From Octopus sinensis (taxonomy: Eukaryota), in contig NC_043016.1 of the NCBI RefSeq assembly GCF_006345805.1, positions 28,706,001-28,770,000 on the forward strand: DNA of 64,000 bases, in the 5' to 3' direction. Numbering within the stretch: the stretch's first letter is position 1; each line of letters starts with the position of its first letter. The translations under genes and the position numbers were made by a program. This document shows, piece by piece, positions 27,901 through 39,000 of this stretch. The notes beneath the pieces are model-generated. The model was not told the origin of the DNA. It ran no database searches and saw only the letters and a list, made by a program, of their open reading frames with translations.

Positions 27901-29989
27901 GTGGTTTCCCACAACCTTAAATGAAATTAAGACTATTTTGCCATAAATATTATTATGGGTATCAGAAAGTTACCCAGAATAACAAATTCTATCGTAAAAT
28001 TTTGTTGTATACCCAATTGAATATTAGCTAATAACCCATTTTCTATAGCGATGTTTGAACAAAAATTTAATAATTTTATATTTTGTTGAATTTACCTGTA
28101 TCTACCTGCAATTAGAGTCACTTTGTGACAAAAATTATAGTATAGAATTGGTTGAGAACATTTCATTAAATTATCTTCCAAAAATCAAATTAATATATTG
28201 ATAAATAAAAAAGTTATAGTTGTTTAATGAAACCAGACTAAATTTATGATTGTTAGAAATTAATTGAAACGCATAAGGAGTGTAGTTTTGTCAGAAATAT
28301 AGTAACGAAAGGGTTAATTAATTGTAATTTCTGTTAACTTATTGTGTATGTATTTATACGTCCTTTGATGGGCAGACATATATTTTGTAATTTAGTAAAT
28401 ATATGTGGATATGTCGAAATGTGTTCATATGTATATGTATGTGTATGTATGTTTTTGTATGTATATGTATATTCATGGGTGGATATATATGTATATGTTT
28501 TTCTTATACGTATGAGTACGCAAATGCATATTTAAATATGTATATATGTATTTGCGAATGTTTGCAGACACAATGCATGCGAGTGTATAAATGTTTATGG
28601 ATATGTGCGGATGTATGTGTGTGTATAAATGTTGGTATAGTTTTCCCATGCCTGTGCTGGTTTATTGGTGAAAGTTTGAATAGAAACACAGTAGAAATGT
28701 AACGATATAGAAGTTTCAGTGGCAAGATAATTTGTTTACAAAATATACGGTGTTATTTTAATTATGTATCTTATGATAATAACGTACTTCGACTAGGTAT
28801 AGATGTCTGTGTGCTTGCATGTACGCATTTTTATGGATATATGTGAGTAGATTTGTATGTAAGCATGTGTGTGTATGTGTGTTTGGGCTGGTATGTCTTA
28901 TGTTGTGATTTGTCTCTGTATGTGCGTGTGGGCGCACGTTTGCAAGTGTGTGTGTGTGGATGTTTCTTAACAAACCAACCATAAAGAAGACAATTGTAAT
29001 TTAAATTTAAAAGTACAAGCCAATCATATTTTAGCGTTCGATTCGTAACTATTTCTGAACGTAATACTGTATTTGTGTCACAATTGAAATTATAAATTTG
29101 CACTCATATGTACATCTATACACCTGTGGAACTTAATATCGTGTAAACAGAATGCTTTTATTTCTTATTTTGTATGTATATGCAGATATTTAATGCTTTG
29201 CATGGTACTGTAGTACTATTGTGGTCCTTGGTTTTGCTATTATATTGCTAATAATGTGATCTATATATTGTTTTGCTAGTATTAGTGTTATTAATAATAA
29301 GAATAATGATGTTGGTAGCAATAGTGGTAATGATAATAGCAATGATGTTAACATTAATGACATTTTTTAAATTAATATAAATTAATATAATGTACTCTTG
29401 ACTCTGTATATCTGCATTTGGGTATTAATATGTGTATGTTTTCTGCATTGTAATATCATAATATTAAGTTGAAAAACTGTAACATTGAATATGGAACATA
29501 TGTATGTTTATTGATTTATATTATTTATATTATTATGTATATATATATGTATAGGAGTATGAGTATATGCACTCATATGTATATGTATGTGATTTATTAT
29601 GGGTATGTACCTACACTTATATGAGTATATATGTAATTTGGTTTGTATTTCATAATCTCCGAAGAGGCCTTAGAATATTTTTGTAAATGTCTCATTTATA
29701 ACTACATATTGACCTACCACATATGGCTAATATAAGTAAAATGAGACATACTTATCTGCATGGCCGAAACAGCTGTAAGATGTAGTTTATATTTATATTT
29801 ATTTATATTTATATTCTCTTATACAGATTGTACTTATTGTATCATATTACTCCTTTATGTACACTGTTTTGTCATATATTATTATGTTTGACCTTAAAGT
29901 TTCTTATGTGGTGGTTTAATAAAGTATGTGATTGGGTATTATCTGGTAATTGATATTTGATTTGGATGTATTTCTCCATTTTCTTATTT

Positions 29990-30051
<62 letters not shown>

Positions 30052-33000
30052 TTATATACATACATATATACACATACATTACACACGTGCACACACATTG
30101 GTATATAAAATTGTGCCACAAGACATTTCTGTAAGAAGTAGTTTCTAGTGGTTTCGTTTCTGCTGCTGCTGCTGCTGCTAGAATTGTGTCATGGTAACCT
30201 TCTTTGTTCTTGAAATGGAAAATACTAAAAGAAACATTTTCTATTATTGTCTTGTGATAATATGATGGGAAGTTGAAAGGAATATTGTATGCTGTGTGTG
30301 TTTGTGTGTGCATGCAAATATGTATATATGTATTTATGTATGTATATATGTGTGTGTGTATGTATCAGGGGCTTGCACTCTCAGGTATGCGTTGTATGCC
30401 TTGTGATTTTTTTATCCATATCATCGGAAAATTAAATAAAATAGTTACTTTGTTTCAAAAAAAATCCGTCCAGTTGTTTTGGAAATATTTTGTCTCCCCT
30501 TCTCCTCTCTCAGTGACTTTTGCTTTGAGAAGTCATGCTTTGAGAAGTCATGCTTTGAGAAGTCATGCTTTGAGAAGACCTGCATGACAGACACTCCCTC
30601 TCTGTCTCAGTTTGTCCTTCCTTTATCTCTCTCTCTTAGTGACTTGTTTGAAAGATATGCTAAGAGGATAGGGCATTTGAAATATTTTTACCCCCTTCCT
30701 CTCTCTCTTAGTGGCTCGTCATGCTTTGAGAAGACCCGCTGACCTCCCTCTCTGTCTCTTTGTTAGTTTGTCCCTCCTTCCTCTCTCTCTCTCAGTGGCA
30801 TGTCATGCTTTGAGATGACCGCATAATACCCACAAGTCTATGATGAATTAAATAATTTACATATGGCTATGTTAAAGCACAAGCGTTCTCAAAGGCATAT
30901 AAAATCTTTGATAGATCTTAAAATATTCAAAAATGTTCGCATAGACTTACAATTAGATGCATGTAAAAATCAAAGCATGCAACATCATAATGAGAAATTC
31001 ATTGCTTGCCCAACCCTGGAAGTCACCGCACGCCACTGGTATGTATATATATATGTGTGTGTGTGTGTGTGTGAATATATATTTGTGTGTGTATAACACA
31101 CCTGCCCACACCTGCATTTGTTTGTGTGTATGTATTAAAAATTTACATAAAATCCTTGCCCAGTGATTCTCAACCAGGGTCCATTTGACCCCTTGGAGAG
31201 TCCATATAAGATTTTATTGTTAAAATTTACCTGCAATAAATTGGTTATACTTCTATAATAAACAAAATATTTTAATAATTTTTTAAATACAATTCTTAAT
31301 AATATTTAAGTTTAAAAAATATAGTGTAGAGGCGCATAGCTTAGTGGTTAGGGTGTCTGCATCATGATCGTAAGATTGTGGTTTCGATTCCTGGACTGGG
31401 CGACACGTGTTCTTGAGCAAAACACTTCATTTCAAGTTGCTCCAGTCCACTCAGCTGGCAAAAATGAGTAATGCTGCGATGGACTGGCATCCCATCCACC
31501 TGGGGAACACACATGCACCCATCCACTCATAAATATATTTTCCAATAAAATTGTACAGAAATACAAATTCACACACACACACACACACACACACACTACA
31601 AACATGGGCTTTTATAATTGAAAAGCATTCATCATTTACAACCACCACAGACAGATCAGACATCCTCACAGTTCCAGATAGCAACATATTGACTAACCAC
31701 ACTCTCCTATCCAACTATGCACACAAATATATTTCCTAAAAGAAATTTCAAATTCTATAGAAATGCAAATTGCCGTACAATTTACAAAGTCATTTGTCCA
31801 AAACTATCCCATAAAAAAACAGATGGTCTCATAAAATGGCAACTCGTACAAACCTCCCAAGCCATTTGTCTACACTAATTTTCCTTATAAGAGCACTCCG
31901 TCGGCTGTGACGACAAGGGTCCCAGCTGATACGAACAATGGAACAGCTTGCTCATGAAATTAACATGCAAGTGGCTGAGCACTCCACAGACACGTGTACC
32001 CTTAACGTAGTTCTCAGGAAGATTCAGTGTGGTGCCTCTTCCAAACATACAGCTGATCTATATTTCATCTAGACTAAGGCTGCCATAGATCAATTGTGTT
32101 GTCTCTCTCTCTAATTTCATAGACTGATCTTACAATTTGATGCTCTATAAATTCTTATCTCTAAAGTTCCCCTTTTCCATTGTATAATGATTATTACTAC
32201 ACTAATTGATTGCATATAATCAAGGCTGGTTTAAAACCCATAGAGGTCAAAAGATTTTGGTGTCCTCATATATATATATATATATATATAAAGCCATTAG
32301 TGCAAAGAAACAGGCCTGGAAAGCCTGGAGGGATGGGGGTAGCAGGGAACTGTACCAAGTAGCCAAAAAGGAGGCTGGGCGGCAGGTATACATAGCCAAA
32401 GATGTAGCAGAAAAGAAGAAGTTTGCCAATGTCCAGCGACGTGAGGACCAAAGAGCTGAGGTGTTTCGGATTGCTAGACTGTGTGTGAGAGAAAATAGTG
32501 ATGTTACAGGAGTGAAATGTGTCCGCATGGATGATGAGGCACTTGCTTTTAATGTTGGTGAAAAGAAAGAGGCTTGGAAAAGCCACTATGAAAGACTGCT
32601 GAATGTGGAGAATGAATGGGAGGAGGAGAGCCTGCCAAATGTTGAGCCAGTAGAGGGACCAGCTATCCGAATAGACAGCTCCCTTGTAGTTAAGGCAATT
32701 AAGGGTATGAAACCAGGTAAAGCCCCCGGCCCATCAGGAATCACTGCTGAGATGCTTAAAACAGCTGGTTATGTGGGCTATGGCCTAGTCACCCGCATTG
32801 TAAACCAGGTAGTTCATAATAGAGTCATACCCAATGACTGGCGTAGCAGCACCATAGTCAACTGCTACAAGGGTAAGGGTGATGCTCTAGATAGAAATAA
32901 CTACAGGGGAATTAAACTGTTGGATCAAGTGATGAAGGTCACAGAGAGGATCATAACCCATCTCATTAGGGAGAGAATTTGCTTAGATGAGATGCAGTTC

Positions 33001-36000
33001 GGTTTTGTGCTGGGTAGAAGCACCACTGATGCTATATTCCTGGTCCGACAACTGCAGGAGAAGTACCTAGCTAAAGATAAACCCCTCTACATAGCTTTTG
33101 TGGACTTGGAGAAAGCCTTTGACAGGGTCCCCCCGATCCCTTATCTGGTGGTCGATGCAGAAACTGGAGATTGACGAATGGCTAATAAGGGCTGTACAGG
33201 CCCTATACAGAGAGGCTGTCAGCAAGGTTAGGATTGGCAACGAATATAGTGAAGAATTCCTGGTAGAAGTAGGTGTACACCAAGGCTCAGCCCTCAGTCC
33301 CCTTTTATTCATCATAGTCCTCCTGGCAATAACAGAGGAATTCAAAACAGGTTGCCCCTGGGAGCTCCTCTATGCTGATGACCTGGCCCTCATAGCAGAA
33401 TCACTACCGGAACTAGAAAAGAAATTCCGGGTGTGGAAGCAAGGTTTAGAATCAAAGGGCCTTAGAGTAAATGTAGCAAAAACCAAAGTTACAGTAAGCA
33501 GAAAGGCGAACTCAGCACACACCCCATCAGGCAGGTTGTCCTGCTCGATCTGTAGGAAAGGCGTAGGTAGAAACTCCATAAGATGCACCCAGTGTAAGCT
33601 ATGGATGCATAAGAGGTGCAGCAACATCAAAGGGAAATTAACTGATAAGATAGCTTTCATGTGCGGCAGATGCACAGGGACAATAGACACCACAAATACT
33701 CAGAGAACAGATTCCATCACACTCCAGGAGGAGAAACTAGAAGTAGTCGATAGTTTCCGCTACCTGGGTGACCAAGTTAGTAGTGGAGGTGGATGCTCAG
33801 AGAGTGTCACCACTAGAATACGAATAGCCTGGGCAAAGTTTAGAAAGCTCCTACACCTACTGGTGACAAAGAGTCTCTCACTCAGAGTGAAAGGTAGATT
33901 GTATGATGCATGTGTGCAAACTGCCATGCTTCACGGTAGTGAAACATGGGACGTGACTGCAGAGGACATGCGTAGACTTGAAAGAAATGAAGCTAGCATG
34001 ATCCACTGGATGTGTAATGTCAGTGTGCACACACGACAGAGTGTAAGCACCCTGAGAGAAATGCTGGACATAAGAAGTATCAGATGTGGTGTGCAAGAGC
34101 GACGCTTGCGATGGTATGGTCATGTACTGCAGATGGATGAAGAGAGATGTGTGAAGAAGTGCCGCTCCCAAACAGTTGAAGGAATTAGGGGGAGAGGTAG
34201 TCAAGCACGACCTCAGAGTGTTGGACCTCACTGAGGCAATGGCGAAGGACCGAGAACTCTGGAGATATGCTGTGACTGCAAAGACCCGAGCTGCTTCCTG
34301 ATCCAGTTCCACATAGCCCCTGCCCATTCAAAGTACCTTGGATTCCAGAACATCCCGCTGTGCTTGAGGAGACCTGTTGAGTCAAGTACATGAACATCGA
34401 AATAAATAGAAATAGTAGTTGTGATACCTGTGCCGGTGGCACATAAAAAGTACCATCTGAACGTGGCCGTTGCCAGCGCCGCCTCGACTGACTTCTGTGC
34501 CGGTGGCACATAAAAAGCACCATCCGAACGTGGCCGATGCCAGCGCCACCTTGGCTGGCTTCCGTGTCGGTGGTACATTAAAAGCACCAATCGATCGTGG
34601 CCGATGCCAGACTCCCCTGGCATGTAAAAAGCACCCACTACACTCGCGGAGTGGTTGGCGTTAGGAAGGGCATCCAGCTGTAGAAACACTGCCAGATCAG
34701 ATTGGAGCCTGGTGCAGCCCCTGGCTTCCCAGACCCTGGTCGAACTGTCCAACCCGTGCTAGCGCGGAAAACGGACGTTAAACAATGATGATGATGAATT
34801 CAAAATATAAACAATAATAAACCGTAAAATAAATTTTTATTCTTCAAAATGAACCAAAACTAACCATAAGATGGAAAATAATATTTATTTTTGTATACTT
34901 CCACTTTATTTATATTTGAAAAGTTTTCTATTATTTTTTCTTAAATTGCAAAGTCTTTCAGCAGATCCTCAAAATTCATCTCATGTAACGGACCTACTTC
35001 TTTACTTAGTGGAAATAGGGCATCCTGAATATTGTTTTAGCATTTAAACTGGCCATATCCGGCTGAAATACTCTACCTGTTTTATAGTCAAACAGTCCAG
35101 ATCTATTCTCTCACACCAACCCTACAATATATCATTAAAACAAAATTAAGTTACCTCATCAAAACTTTGAAGCTACAAGATAATACATGATTAATTCAAA
35201 ACAATGTGAATGAAAATGCATTAGTTCTATATTTAAGAGATGAGGAATTATATACATTTGATGGATATTTGCCCCCATCTTGTTTGTTGTTAACACATTT
35301 CGGCTGATATACCCTCCAGCCTTTATCAGGTGTCCTGGGGAAATTTCCAACCTGGATTCTCATTCCCAATATTGTTGTTGTTATTATTATTATTATTCAG
35401 GACACTGCCTGGAATTGAACTCGGAATCTTGGGGTTAGTAGCCCGTGCTCTTAACCACAACTAGCCCCAAGATTCTGAGTTCGATTCCAGGCAGTGCCCT
35501 GAATAATAATAATAATAATGATAATAATATCGAAAAAATACCTTAGGAATGAGAATCTACGTTCGAAATTTCCCCAAGACACCTGATGAAGGCGGGAGGG
35601 TATATCAGTCAAAACGTTGTGTTAACAACAAACAAGATGAGGACAAATATCTGTCAAATGTAAATAATGAAAATGCATTACTTTTCACAGAATAATGTAA
35701 ATGCTAAAGGGTTGAAGTTTTTTTCTTTTGTGATGCAAACTATTTACCATTCCTGTAGTGCTCCACTTACCTTGATACCCTAAGCATATGCTTAATGGTT
35801 CATCCAGTGCTGCTTATAACACCTTCAAGTTTTACTTGATATTGTTCAGGTGATTAGCATGTACCTTACGTCGCCAGATATTCTGAATATCTCAATTACT
35901 ATCCCTGATGCATCAGTAGCTTTCCTTATCTTCGTACCTTTAATTGCTTTATTTACTACACTGCTATCAACTTGAATTGCCATTCTCTCTGTTGGGTCAA

Positions 36001-39000
36001 CTTGAGGTAGGCCGAACCACTAAGTTACGGGGATGTAAACACACCAGCATCGGTTGTCAAGCAATGTTGGGTGGGGGGACAAACACAGACACACAAACAT
36101 ACACACACACACACACACATATACATATATATGACAAGCTTCTTTTAGTTTCCATCTGCCAAATCCACTTACAAGGCTTTGGTTGACCTGGTACTTGACT
36201 GATAGAAGACACTTGCCCAAGGTGCCACGCAGTGGGAATGAACCCGGAACCATGTGGTTGGTAAGCAAGCTACTTACCACACAGCCACTCCTGCAGAAAA
36301 AAGTTTGATTTAAAGATCCAGAAGTCTTCACAGCAAAAAAAGAAAATATGCTTATATTTATTTACAACAGAGAACACAAAATTTCAGTGCTTTCCTGGAA
36401 GTGACCTTATTGTAAAGTAGAAACTAAATGCTAATATGAATTAAAAATATATATATAGTTGTGTCTCTGGTACTTCAAACTCAAGTAGTTTTAGTGGAAG
36501 CACTTGACAGTTTTCAGTTGCCTTTATAACTGATCATCTCTCTCCTAATTAACGATAAAAGCGAGAAAATATATTACCTGGAGTAAAAAAAGTGTATGAG
36601 GTGGGGGAGGAGAAATTCGACGGCATTACTTGTCAGTAACAGAATTATCTCCCTCTCCCCCTCCTCTCTCTCTTCCTTTTTCAAGGTTGGCGTTGTTAAG
36701 TTCGTATGTAAAGAGTGACTTGTTGCGTGGTTGTGACACCTTGCTTTGAATGTGAAACATCTGCAGAAGTTTTGTTTGGCATAGCAAGAAATTAGATATG
36801 TTTTGTTGTGTGTAAGGTAAAGCACAGGTATACTAGAGAGAATGCTAAATTATAGATGCATCAGGTGACGTCTGTAGAAGAGTCTCTGTTCTATCAAGGA
36901 CGAAATGAATAAGGACTAAAGAATGCTATGGGAAAATATCACATTTCATTTTTACAAATAATAGTGAAAAATAACTAAATATTTCAAGTCATTAATTGAC
37001 ACTATATGAGCCGTACATAACACTGTTTATATAATTACATGTAAATAAAACAAAATGTATTATTTAAGATATTAAATAAATAAAAAACCCTTCTCTGTCT
37101 GTTTTACAGATCCTGATTTTATATTCTTTCAATATATCAGATCCCTATGTTTGTAACGAAACATTTTTTTAAAAATAGAAGCAATTTTTTGTGGAATTCT
37201 GGTTTAAGCGTACCATGTTAACCTCTCATAACTTTAAAAAAAACTTTTGGGAAGTTTTTTTGAAAAATTTTACGAATTTTGTTTTATACACGGGGATTCA
37301 TACAATTATTTTTTTTTTTTTAAATCATTTTTGTTCGCGATTTAGCTGGTGTTTTAGCACATCCCACGACCACCTGATACCTTCCTCGTTTCTTTGTCAC
37401 TCTGACATCTATTTCAATATTTTTCTCCCCATAAACATACTGAATGGAATGATAATGCACCCAAAAGCGGGCCATTGCAAGGACTGAAGCAAAAAATTCG
37501 TATTTTAAACTCTGATTTTTTTTTTTTTTTAAATCGAAAAAGAGGGGAAATTTTAGGATTGATAGGGAATTCCCCCCCCCCCCACAAATGTATGAATTCC
37601 CGTGTGCAGAACACGGGGAATTTTGCAAAAATTTTCTGGAAAAAAAAATGTTATTAAGGTGTTTATACGTAGTACTTAAACCCGGAATTCCGCCCTCTTG
37701 CATTTTACCTGATATTCTTAGTAATTTTTCGCATATTTATAGTTGCTAAAGTTACTTTCGTTAACTTCTCTGTAGGTTAAATTAACGAGCTGTTTCGCTT
37801 TTACTCGCTTTATCTACTTTATATATAAATTTATATTATTTTTATATCGTCGAAAATCAGGATTAACATTCTAATTCTATTGGATATTTCAGTTTGTACT
37901 GTATCTAAATGTGTTGATTAATATATTTTAAAATATATTTAACTAAATTATTGTTTTCGGAACCATTTCTCTTTAAATCCTGATTTCTAATCATGCCGAA
38001 GTCAGGTTTTGTTTTTCCTCCTTTTATCGTCAATAAAATAAATAACAATCAAATACTAGGCTCGATTTTATTGATTCTTAACCTTTGAACTTTTGTTAGA
38101 AGGAATTAAAAAGGCACATCGGACAAAATGCTTAGCGGCATTTGCCCCAGCTTTGCGTTCTGGGTTCAAATTCCTCCGAGGTCGACTTTGCCTTTCATCT
38201 TTTCAGAGTCGATAAAATATAGTATCAGTTGAGTATTGGGATCAATGCACAACCTGTCTCCGCCGCCAAAATGTAAGGCCTTGTGCCTATAGTAGATAGA
38301 ATTATTATTTAGGAATTTATTTTCAAACTTTGCTAAGATATGTACTGTTAAACTTTCACCTGTATTGTGGTTAAAAAGAATGGTGTTCCTACTTTAGAAT
38401 AATCATTGTCTATTTAAGAACTTTATAACTTTTTAGTGATAGTTTGAAACAAACATAAAACCAGACATTGTAGCGGGTATAGTCAATTATACTGAACAAT
38501 TACTTTGACTGAGTCGACATTTTATCGACCTGAGGAAAGAAAGGAAAAATAGACGATTTCTTGACGTTTGAACTCTAAGTATAAAGAACCATTGTTTTAT
38601 GCTTTTTTCTTTTCTTATTTTCACACGTGTTCCATGTTAACAACAAAAATTCCGTTAACATGAAATTAGAGTCTCGAAATGTTAGACTCTTTTTTTTTTG
38701 GTAAAGTAATATATTCTACTTCGGGAAACTTGTTTCCTATTTAAATATTTGCATAGACAAACCATCACTGGTTACTTTAGTATTCATTAAACAGTAGATA
38801 ATAGATTACATGGGTAATGTTTCGCATAAGTCGTTCCGGTCATCAACATCTACCCGCATCGGTCACTCGACCTGTTAAAAATAGCTGCCGAATCTCCTTC
38901 AAATTACATTCCTTGTCTCTGTGATTAAGAAGCTTGCCTTGCAACGACATGGTTTCGCTTTCAGTCCCACTTCGCGGAACACTGTGCAAGTGTCTTTAGT

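Larger units (their letters stand above)
26285..29900 (+). mobile_element. Putative 5'-truncated PLE family B with a long AT-rich 3' region, interrupted by a piggyBac derivative
   Basis: GIY-YIG remnant at the left and hammerhead-like motif at 29655-29781; the element extent between them is inferred. Confidence 0.55.

Noticed and set aside
31161-31320. Complete hAT MITE starting cagtgattctcaacc
   Set aside because: Only one TIR-like end was found, with no matching right end or TSD, so I did not call it as a feature.
35771-36005. Nested gene exon ending at caag|gtaagt on the minus strand
   Set aside because: The translation matches a decayed RTE fragment and contains a stop.
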